Part shown: positions 8,892 through 16,598 of the stretch, in pieces | How positions within the stretch are numbered: the stretch's first letter is position 1 | How the letters are laid out: the number at the start of each line of letters is the position of its first letter | Virus record (IMG/VR): IMGVR_UViG_3300044695_003432 | Coordinates: 1 to 64,000 of that record | From: a virus | Length of the DNA: 64,000 bases | Direction: 5' to 3' (one strand) | Made by a program: the position numbers and the translations under genes | Notes under the pieces: model-generated | The model's input: the letters and a program-made list of their open reading frames with translations, nothing else | The model's database searches: none | What the model was told of the DNA's origin: nothing

Positions 8892-9211
8892 TCGTCGTCC
8901 CCTTCGTCGCAGTAGCGATCAAACGAGTCGCGGCCTTCGCGCCCGTCGCTCATGTATTCGCGGTTGCGGTCCCGAGCCTCACGCTCGCGGCCACACTTCA
9001 CACACACGCCGTCCGTGGCGTACACCGACTCGGTATCGCGTGGGCCGAGCTTGTTGCACTCGGGGCAACGCACGATGTCGGTTGCCATGCGGGACGCGAA
9101 ACGCATCTCCATCGCAACCAGTTCCGCCGCCTGACCGGGCGTTCCAGGCACGGGCTTGCCGGTCTGAATCGCACGCATGAGTCGGTCGTCGCCTAACCTA
9201 TTGCTGTCCAT
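8888..9211 (-). CDS. Zinc-finger hypothetical protein
   Basis: CPEC...CVKC; GGAG before ATG 9211. Confidence 0.55.
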   Translation of the reverse strand: MDSNRLGDDRLMRAIQTGKPVPGTPGQAAELVAMEMRFASRMATDIVRCPECNKLGPRDTESVYATDGVCVKCGREREARDRNREYMSDGREGRDSFDRYCDEGDDE

Positions 9212-9362
9212 TGGAATCGCACTCCATTTGGGCTTTGCGGCACGCGGTAACGACGTGTGCCGCGACTTTGGAAACCCCCGCGACACTGGAAAGCGACGCG
9301 GGGGGAAGAGAAGAGGGAGAACACCCGCCGCCGCATCTCTGCAAACGGCGGATGATGGAGTG

Positions 9363-9686
9363 CTACGAACGCCTCGCTGCTCGATGCAAAGTGCGGTGAT
9401 TGCTCGCCAGTTCTTCAACGGCAACGCGGGTGTCCAAGAGAGGGCGGTCCATCGCCCTTGCGAGCATCGCTGTTGACTCGCCGAAAAACTCGTCCGTGAC
9501 AAACAACATCCGTGCGATCGCGTCGGCAATCTCGATTGAACTGCCTTCGCTGTAGATGCGTGCCGACGCCGCGCTGTTGGAGTCGAAGGGAATCACGATG
9601 ACCAGTGCGCGGGTGTCAACGAGGTCGTCGGCAAGCCGCTCGCGCGTCTCTTCAACCTCGGGCGACTGGTATCGGGGCTGGCTCAC
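9363..9686 (-). CDS. Hypothetical protein
   Basis: GAGG RBS; GTGA overlap with the small regulator gene. Confidence 0.55.
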   Translation of the reverse strand: MSQPRYQSPEVEETRERLADDLVDTRALVIVIPFDSNSAASARIYSEGSSIEIADAIARMLFVTDEFFGESTAMLARAMDRPLLDTRVAVEELASNHRTLHRAARRS

Positions 9687-9898
9687 GCCGCCACCTCACT
9701 CTCGACGGGTGCGGCCTGCTCGTTCGCCCTTGAGAGGTCGAACGCCTGAGCCTGCACGGTCGGTGAGGCGTTACGGAACCCACGAACGATCGCGGCGAGA
9801 ACCGCTGGCATTCGCAAGCCGTGTTCCTCGGCCAAAGCCCGTATATAGTTGTGGTCGGGTCCGAAAACCTGAACGGTGGTGATCTTCTTTGCGGCCAT
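9683..9898 (-). CDS. Small regulator in the Cro position, ribbon-helix-helix-like
   Basis: Divergent from CI; TTVQV strand followed by two short helices. Confidence 0.6.
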   Translation of the reverse strand: MAAKKITTVQVFGPDHNYIRALAEEHGLRMPAVLAAIVRGFRNASPTVQAQAFDLSRANEQAAPVESEVAA

Positions 9899-10007
9899 GT
9901 CAATATATTATCGGGAACCGGCTTCACTGCAAGTCCTAGAACGGTAAAATCGGGGACTTTTCCCGTAAATCCATTGACCGCATAGGCTTATTGACTATCG
10001 TGTATTC
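9899..10007. promoter_or_regulatory. Divergent lysis/lysogeny promoter region
   Basis: Plus strand: TTGACC(9974)-16-TATCGT(9996), 6 nt before the CI ATG. Minus strand: TTGCAG...TAATAT just before ATG 9898. Confidence 0.6.
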
Positions 10008-10670
10008 ATGTCCCTAGTGTTGGACATGGCAATGCTGACGCCCATCGCGCGTTTTCTCGCCAATCGGCGCGAGGAACTTGGCTTGACTTTGGAGCAAGTC
10101 GGCGCGCTTGTGGGCAAGTCGAAACAGTCCGTGTGGCAGCGCGAGCAGGGCGAGGCGAGGGTAAAACTACGCGAGGCCGAGGCGTGGTCAAAGGCCCTTC
10201 GTGTCCCGAAGGAAACGATTGCGCGTCTCATAAAGAGCGACAGCGGAAATCAGATTCCCGTCATCAACCGCACCGCAGCAGGCCGCGTAGTTGATACCCT
10301 CGAATGGGGTACCACTAGCGTGGAGGGCTTCATGTACGTTGACAGGGATGTCCAGACGGATGAAGACAATTTGTTTGCGGTCGTGGTTGACGGGTCGAGC
10401 ATGGCCCCGACACTGGAAAACAAAGACATTGCGGTTGTGAAGTCGGTTCCGATGGATGCCGACTCCATGCCCGCACCTGGCACCGTCGCCTATGTGCGGC
10501 TCGGGCCTGACTCCAAGACTCCGGGCGGGATGTTGTGCCGCTGGCACCCGCAGCGTGACGGAACGTACCGACTCGACAAGGACAACCCGGCGTTTGCGTC
10601 GGTCGTTGTCCCGCGTGAGCATGTCGAGCAGTTCGGCATCGTGATCCAGCGGCGCACAACCGTGAGGTGA
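10008..10670 (+). CDS. CI/LexA-like repressor (XRE HTH plus S24 peptidase domain)
   Basis: RREELGLTLEQVGALVGKSKQSVWQREQG; AAG cleavage-site motif; VDGSSMAP catalytic Ser region. Confidence 0.9.
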   Translation: MSLVLDMAMLTPIARFLANRREELGLTLEQVGALVGKSKQSVWQREQGEARVKLREAEAWSKALRVPKETIARLIKSDSGNQIPVINRTAAGRVVDTLEWGTTSVEGFMYVDRDVQTDEDNLFAVVVDGSSMAPTLENKDIAVVKSVPMDADSMPAPGTVAYVRLGPDSKTPGGMLCRWHPQRDGTYRLDKDNPAFASVVVPREHVEQFGIVIQRRTTVR

Positions 10671-10673
10671 GGG

Positions 10674-10898
10674 ATGGGCTACAGCAAGTGGGAGATGCTG
10701 GCGGACTTCAACGTGATCCTCGTTGGTCCGGCGATCGTGCTGGTCATCAGCATGAACTACGGCGCGCCGTGGTGGGCGGGGTTGATCCTCGGCATCTTCA
10801 TCGGCGGGCCGCTCGGCAAGTTCCTTCACATGGGGATTGTCGCCGGGTACGAGACGTGGGAAACGGCGTTCGGGAAGGCCCGCACGCCGCACCACTGA
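10674..10898 (+). CDS. Small two-TM membrane protein co-oriented with the repressor
   Basis: Two hydrophobic segments; GAGG RBS. Confidence 0.6.
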   Translation: MGYSKWEMLADFNVILVGPAIVLVISMNYGAPWWAGLILGIFIGGPLGKFLHMGIVAGYETWETAFGKARTPHH

Positions 10899-11019
10899 AA
10901 GTGTGTTTTGGAATGTGTCGCTATAGTCTACGCTAAGTCGTTGTTTGGATAACGATTAGCGTATCCTATTGCCACCATTGCGAGAAATCGCCCTTTTTAT
11001 CGCGCCGTGAAGGGGTTTC

Positions 11020-11066
11020 ATGCTTTCGTAAAGCATAGGTCCAGGGTTCAAATCCCTGAGGTGGCT
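11020..11066 (+). other. attP-like core: 3' portion of tRNA-Thr(CGT)
   Basis: ATGCT-TTCGTAA-AGCAT anticodon arm, AGGTC, CAGGG-TTCAAAT-CCCTG, AGGTGGCT; no canonical D-arm; abuts the integrase 3' end. Confidence 0.8.
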
Positions 11067-12142
11067 TTCGTTTGTGTGTCGATTGTGTGTTGATTCGTTC
11101 CGGCCACCGGCCCTGTCACTCCCGCCATGAACTGGCCCGACTGGAAGTAGTGCCGAGCCGCCACGTCCGCCCGATGCCCGAGCCATTCACACACAGCGTA
11201 GTGCGGGTGCTGCCCGTTCCAATCGGTTTCCAGACTCGCCCGCAGCCCGTGGAAGGGCTTGCCGGGCCATGTCACTCCCGCTTTCTTGCGGATGGACGTA
11301 GCCGCCCGAAGGTAGGAACCCTTCGGCACCGCCCAGCACAGTTCTGCCACGCCGTCCGGCAGGGAATCCCGAGCCTCTTCCAGAAGGGCGTAGAGCCTCG
11401 GAGAGACGGGCACCGTCCGCTTGGCCTGCTTGGTCGTCTCTACCCCGTCACGCGGCCACACGGCAATCGTGCGGGCTTCCCAATCGACGTGTCCCAACTC
11501 CAGCGTCATCGCCTCCATGATCCGCAGGCCGGCGTACCGGGTGAGGCCGAACACCAGCCGCCACGATGCGTTCGGGCAGGCGGCTATCACCTTCTCGACG
11601 TCATCGACCGAGACGTAGGGGTGATCCTCGGACTTCTTGGGCATGGGATTCTTGACCGAATCGAACGGGTTACGGCTGACCACGCCCTGAATCCGCGCGG
11701 CCTCGAACCATGACCGGAGAAACGACACGATCCCCCACACGGTAGAGGGTGAGAGAATGTCGCCGTCCTTGACGTTCCCGCGCCGCTGCTTCCGCAACCA
11801 CGCGATGAAGTCGATCGCCTGGGTGGGCTGGATCGTGTCGAGAACCGCGTCCTTGCGGAAGTAGCGTTCGGCCCATTGCATCGCGGCCTTGTACCGCGTC
11901 ACGGTCGCCTCGTTGAGTTGTTCGTTCTGCGCGAGGTACTTGGTCCGCCAGTCGTCCAGCGTCTTGGCGTCGGACTTGACCGCTTGCGGCGACATGTCCG
12001 CGCAGATGGCGAGGGCATCGCGCCGTGTCACTTCGGAGCGTGCCCCGATGATCTTTCGCTGGAGTGCGTTGTTACCGTCACGCCATGCCGCTACCCAATA
12101 CTTGTTGTTCGTCCACAATCGAACGGGTTTGCGCCGTGTCAC
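11048..12142 (-). CDS. int: Tyrosine integrase
   Basis: AGLR, K, FHGLR, LGH, HY catalytic residues; AAAGGAG RBS. Confidence 0.93.
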   Translation of the reverse strand: MTRRKPVRLWTNNKYWVAAWRDGNNALQRKIIGARSEVTRRDALAICADMSPQAVKSDAKTLDDWRTKYLAQNEQLNEATVTRYKAAMQWAERYFRKDAVLDTIQPTQAIDFIAWLRKQRRGNVKDGDILSPSTVWGIVSFLRSWFEAARIQGVVSRNPFDSVKNPMPKKSEDHPYVSVDDVEKVIAACPNASWRLVFGLTRYAGLRIMEAMTLELGHVDWEARTIAVWPRDGVETTKQAKRTVPVSPRLYALLEEARDSLPDGVAELCWAVPKGSYLRAATSIRKKAGVTWPGKPFHGLRASLETDWNGQHPHYAVCEWLGHRADVAARHYFQSGQFMAGVTGPVAGTNQHTIDTQTKATSGI

Positions 12143-12279
12143 TCAAGGCTCCTTTCGCTAGGTGAAACCCCCGCCGCGTGTCTCCACGCTGGCGAGGGGA
12201 CTTGTGAGAAACCCCTGGCCGTCGCCTTTCAGCGGCGGCAGGGGAGCGGTGGCGCGCGAGGGCCACGCCACCGCAGGAA

Positions 12280-12627
12280 TCAACCTTGCGGCAGGTCTTT
12301 CGCGTGGACCATCGTTGCCATCAGTGCGGCGGCGGTAGCCCTTGCCTTGCGATCGGCGTACTCGTTGCGCTCGCCAGCGACCATGTACGCGAACGTCGGA
12401 TGAAAGTACGCCTCGGGCTTGTCGCCGTCCTTCGCAACGTGCCCGAGTTCGCCCCGCTTCACCGCGTCGCCGAGTGCCTTTCGCACGTCGCGGGGAACAG
12501 AGTTTGTGATAAGCCGCACCCGTTCGGCTAGAACCATTTGCACGTTGGCCTGCGCCAGCGTGATTCGACGGGCGTGCAAATCGTCCTTGATCTTGTCGAG
12601 CGTACTGCCTTGAAGTTCCATCGTCAT
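12280..12627 (-). CDS. Hypothetical early protein
   Basis: AAGGAG RBS; flanked by hairpin-rich spacers. Confidence 0.65.
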   Translation of the reverse strand: MTMELQGSTLDKIKDDLHARRITLAQANVQMVLAERVRLITNSVPRDVRKALGDAVKRGELGHVAKDGDKPEAYFHPTFAYMVAGERNEYADRKARATAAALMATMVHAKDLPQG

Positions 12628-12727
12628 ACTCCTTGTTATCCCCGCCCTGGTCGCCGGGCGCGCGCCGTGTCACTCACGGGAAACCACGCCGAACCCGGTA
12701 TGGTGCGGCGCGGGGTGGGTTAGTCGG

Positions 12728-12985
12728 CTAGCGGCTATTCTGCGACAGTGTGATGCGGGCAATGTTTCGCATGGCAAGCACCTGGTCGGCACTCGAAACC
12801 GACGAATCAAACTGCCCGCTGGCGATTAGCCTGAGCGCGCGCAGCAGAAGCGGGTACGCCTCTGCCCGCCGCAAGCGTTCCGCGTCCAGCCGTTCGCATG
12901 CGTCGGCGTTGGCCCGCATCATCGAACGGTGAGCGGCGAGACAATCGCTCAGGGTTGCGGGGCTGTTGTCTGTGTTCTGTTCCAT
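12728..12985 (-). CDS. Hypothetical early protein
   Basis: AGGAG RBS. Confidence 0.6.
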   Translation of the reverse strand: MEQNTDNSPATLSDCLAAHRSMMRANADACERLDAERLRRAEAYPLLLRALRLIASGQFDSSVSSADQVLAMRNIARITLSQNSR

Positions 12986-13093
12986 CGTTCACTCCTGCCC
13001 TTCCGGGCTTCCCCAACCGTGCGCCGGTTGATGCGGGCTGTCACTCAGCCGAAACCCCTACCTGCCGTGTCCGGCGCGGTGGGGTGAGGATTC

Positions 13094-13732
13094 CTAGACC
13101 AGTGCGGGCATCGACTCCAGCCGTTGCAATGCGGCGCGGGCATTGTTCTTGACATCCCGCATGATCTTGAGCGCGTCCGCTTCCGCGAGTTCAACGCCGA
13201 TCGTTCGCGCGATGTCACTCAGGCGGGATGCGAACGCTGCGGCGAATCCCTGATTCGTCAGCGGGATCGGGATGCAACGGGAAAGGACTTGCTGCGCCGT
13301 AGTGCGCTCGAAGAGTTCTTCCTGATCCTCAGCCGTGGTAGTGAAGAACCACGCGGCATGGTGCGGGATGCGTTCGAGGATGCCGCGCAGTTGGCCGAAC
13401 ACTTGGGGCTTGAGCGCGTGCGCCTCATTGACGATGACGACGCGCCCGCCCTTGCCCCAGCCGGGGCAGCGGAGCATATCGGCGAGCCTTTCCAAGTCTG
13501 AGACGCCCAACTCGGACCCGTCGCCGATTTCCTCGGTGGAGAAATCATCGGCGATCGCGCCGCCCATTATCCGGGCGAGTGTGGTTTTCCCTGTCCCGCT
13601 CGGGCCTGTGATCCAGAACGCGCGCCCGCCGATGATGTTGCGGTCGATGTAACTGCGGGCGATGCCGTGCGCTTTGGGCTGGCCGACAAACTCAGAGAGA
13701 GATCGCGGGCGGAAGGTTTCGTAGATGTTCAC
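13094..13732 (-). CDS. Clamp-loader clade AAA+ ATPase (DnaX/RFC/RarA-like)
   Basis: YETFRPRSLSEFVGQ, GPSGTGKTT, VVIVNEAH, SRC motif. Confidence 0.85.
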   Translation of the reverse strand: MNIYETFRPRSLSEFVGQPKAHGIARSYIDRNIIGGRAFWITGPSGTGKTTLARIMGGAIADDFSTEEIGDGSELGVSDLERLADMLRCPGWGKGGRVVIVNEAHALKPQVFGQLRGILERIPHHAAWFFTTTAEDQEELFERTTAQQVLSRCIPIPLTNQGFAAAFASRLSDIARTIGVELAEADALKIMRDVKNNARAALQRLESMPALV

Positions 13733-14025
13733 GCCGCACCCCCGATCGTCTCAGGCTTGGGGCTTGCCAGTTCCAACTTGTGAACACAGATCGGCGCGCC
13801 GTTGGGATGCTTCGGGTGTGATTCGTCCCACACCCAAGCGACACAACGCCCGAGCGAATGGAACGCCGCGCGGCCCGGATGCCCGAGCGGGGCGAGACGG
13901 AACGCGAGCAACGCCGCGTCCCGGTGGGTAGTCGATTCGACTTCGCGGGCCGACTTCCAATCAAGAGCCGCGTTCGGATCGTCTGAGGGAGCAACGAGAA
14001 CCACGCTGTAGGCTCGGGTTTTCAC
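13729..14025 (-). CDS. Hypothetical early protein
   Basis: Coupled overlaps on both sides. Confidence 0.55.
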   Translation of the reverse strand: MKTRAYSVVLVAPSDDPNAALDWKSAREVESTTHRDAALLAFRLAPLGHPGRAAFHSLGRCVAWVWDESHPKHPNGAPICVHKLELASPKPETIGGAA

Positions 14026-14429
14026 TTGACCCCCCCTTCGGCGCGGGCGATCGCGGCGCGGGCGATGGTTCGGATTTCACCGATCGCAAGGCTTACGTCC
14101 GTGGCGTTTCCCTGACAGCCCGCAAGCCGATCACAGCTCCGCAGCACTTCCAACAACTCCGGCGCGGAAGTCTTGCGGTCGATCAGGTCTGCGATTCCGT
14201 ACACGGTCTTTTCGCCGTACTCGGTCTTGATCCGATCGCGCCCGTTCATGATGACGCGAGCCGCGGCAAGCGCGCCGGGCGTGTAGTCGTCGTCCATCGT
14301 GCGCGGCCGCGCCGTGTCACTCAGGGCATCGGCAAGCCTGGCATGGCCCGGATCGTCGGGCGAACGCTCGGGAAAACACTTCGCCAACTCACGCCGAAGC
14401 GCGGATGCGGCCTTATCATTCAGTGACAT
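14022..14429 (-). CDS. Hypothetical early protein
   Basis: GGAG RBS; APELLEVL...ARAAIARAEG motif common in phage early proteins. Confidence 0.65.
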   Translation of the reverse strand: MSLNDKAASALRRELAKCFPERSPDDPGHARLADALSDTARPRTMDDDYTPGALAAARVIMNGRDRIKTEYGEKTVYGIADLIDRKTSAPELLEVLRSCDRLAGCQGNATDVSLAIGEIRTIARAAIARAEGGVK

Positions 14430-14554
14430 AGGGATACTCCATGTTCCTTGTCCACGCCCCCGGTGCTTGCGGCACGCGGGGGCAACTTATGCGCCGTGTC
14501 ACTTTGACGCGGTGCGGAATCAGGACGCGCACCGTTAGGCGCGCGCCGTGTCAC

Positions 14555-14815
14555 TTAGCGGGACTTCACAAACTCAATCGCACGCCCAGCGGCATCCAGT
14601 GTTCTTGGCATGACAGCGCATCCGGCCCGGTAGACGACAGCGCGGGCGCGGTTCTCATCGTCACAAACCCTCATCGTGTCGGCGTCCGCATCGGGCGGGT
14701 AGTCCAGCACGTCGGCGGAATGTCCGTGGAGATAGTCCAGCACGTCACGCACCGACCAACCGACAATTACGCGCGCGTCGTCCAACATGTTCCCGGCGAC
14801 AGTATTTACGCTCAT
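14555..14815 (-). CDS. Hypothetical early protein
   Basis: GGAG RBS. Confidence 0.6.
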   Translation of the reverse strand: MSVNTVAGNMLDDARVIVGWSVRDVLDYLHGHSADVLDYPPDADADTMRVCDDENRARAVVYRAGCAVMPRTLDAAGRAIEFVKSR

Positions 14816-14898
14816 CGTTTACACTCCATTCGTTGCGGCGAACGTGCTCCGGCGGAGCACAAGCGACGCGCGGGCCTTTCGACCGGCGCGGCGGAGGG

Positions 14899-15228
14899 TT
14901 ACTGCCCGTGTCGGCACCCGATCTGCCCACACTCTGAGCAGTAGTCGCCGCGCTTGATAGCCTTCAACTCATCGCGGTCGCAAGCCTCTAGGTGATCGTC
15001 TCCGACCATGCAGACGACCACGCGACCAGTGGGCGCGAAGTCCACGCCCAACGATTCTCCGTCGTCGTCGAAGGATTCGGTCTGTTCGATTTCATCCCCG
15101 CAGACATACCACGCGACAGACAGAGAACCTCGCCGGTATCGTCCGTCGTCGTCGTTCTCGACGTACAGACCATCGCGCCCAAAGGTGTAAGCCTCAGTAC
15201 CGTCGTCCAGTGTGATCGCGCGTCCCAT
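14899..15228 (-). CDS. Acidic early protein with C-terminal CxxC
   Basis: GGAG RBS; Asp/Glu-rich; CSECGQIGC. Confidence 0.6.
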   Translation of the reverse strand: MGRAITLDDGTEAYTFGRDGLYVENDDDGRYRRGSLSVAWYVCGDEIEQTESFDDDGESLGVDFAPTGRVVVCMVGDDHLEACDRDELKAIKRGDYCSECGQIGCRHGQ

Positions 15229-15308
15229 GTTCGATTCTCCATTCCCTCTTGCGGAGGGGTCGCGGTATTGCGAAGCGTTCCGCGCCGGGTTAGCGGGGCG
15301 GAACGGGT

Positions 15309-15521
15309 TTATCGTTCGATAGACTGCAAACACCGCATCGCGGCTTGGCGCGTCGCGTTCGATTTGAGGTACTCGGCGCGAGTGAACTCGACGTTTCGGA
15401 ACTTACCCGACGGCGTTCGCTCGGCGGTGCATATCTCCGCACCATCGCTCGGGCGAACCACAATGACGTACTCGGCGTCGGCCACGTTTCCCGATCGGAT
15501 AGTAAATCCAGCGTTTGCCAT
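15309..15521 (-). CDS. First early gene of phage A, hypothetical
   Basis: GGAGG RBS just downstream of a sigma70-like promoter. Confidence 0.6.
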   Translation of the reverse strand: MANAGFTIRSGNVADAEYVIVVRPSDGAEICTAERTPSGKFRNVEFTRAEYLKSNATRQAAMRCLQSIER

Positions 15522-15562
15522 GCGCGATCCTCCATGCGTCGAGCGACATGCCCGACACAATG

Positions 15563-15614
15563 ATTATCGCGTGCACCGATGCTATTGCAACACTTGTTCT
15601 AGAATATTCTAGAA
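15563..15614 (-). promoter_or_regulatory. Sigma70-like early promoter with an adjacent perfect 18-bp palindrome
   Basis: TTGCAA-16-GATAAT; TTCTAGAATATTCTAGAA at 15597-15614. Confidence 0.6.
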
Positions 15615-16598
15615 GATCGCTGACAAGTCGTGAAATGGCAAGGGTTATCGGTTCGGGTATCGAACCGCTTTCGACGCGGTTTCGTCGTCGCTCACCCGAA
15701 CGCCAGCACGCGCGACCACTCGCAAGCCTGAGCAAGCGCGACCAACGGGCACGCACCAGCGACACGCACGCGGCCTACCGACGCGACGTAGCACGCACCC
15801 ACCTGGACTACGCCCACACTCTCAGGATGCTTTGGGAGCGGTTTACGCTCGCTCTCAGGCATCCGGCACGGCAGCACCCACGGCACGGGCACCCGATCAG
15901 CAGCCACGCCCCATATGGCATCCTGTGACGTGAGAGAAAAACACTGAGAGAGGGTCGTTTGGTCAGTGGTAGAAAAACACTGGTGAGAGGTCGAACCACT
16001 CACGCACTCGCCCACCATCGCACGCCGGCCCGTCGCTTTCATGTCGCTTTCATCCCTGTCTAGGCACGCTCTCACGCTGTCCGGTAGCGATCAACACACT
16101 CACGCACACATTCGCACGCCAAGTCCAGCATTCGCCGACACTTGCACATGCTTGGTGGAAGCATTGCATCGTCGTCCAGCGTCGTCGCACGTTACGCAAC
16201 ACGTTACGCAACCGCACACGACCAGGCCACTGGGGGGCTGCCCGCGCGTCTCAACTCAACCTTCCCCTCACGTTTTCCGCCATCACTTTTCGGGGGGCAT
16301 CTGCAACCCCGGTGGCTTCCGCGTCCACGGCTCTCGGTGCGGTTTCTGCGTGGGGACGTGGTAATGGGCGTCGCGGTCCTTGTCGTTGCGGTCGCGTTGC
16401 TGTTGGACGTTGAGTTCACGTCGCAACTGGAGTGCGCGCGCTACTGCTCGGTCGTGGGCGTTCATTTCCATCTGGGCGCAACAAAAGAGATACATGATTG
16501 TACGTAGGCAACTTAACGGTTAGCAACAACTAACCGACCAATCTGGACGAGATTCTTTGGGTGCCTGTACGGGTTGAAAAGGGTTGACGGGCTACAAG

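Larger units (their letters stand above)
12020..14555. repeat. Dispersed asymmetric 13-mer GCGCCGTGTCACT, six exact co-oriented copies
   Basis: Copies start at 12020, 12131, 12662, 14309, 14491 and 14543; degenerate copies at 11108, 11264, 13033 and 13207. Confidence 0.9.

Noticed and set aside
11020-11066. Complete canonical tRNA-Thr gene
   Set aside because: No normal D-arm at the expected distance; position beside the integrase fits attP.
15615-16598. ORFs in the gap after terL
   Set aside because: No RBS or motif support; more likely non-coding genome-end sequence.
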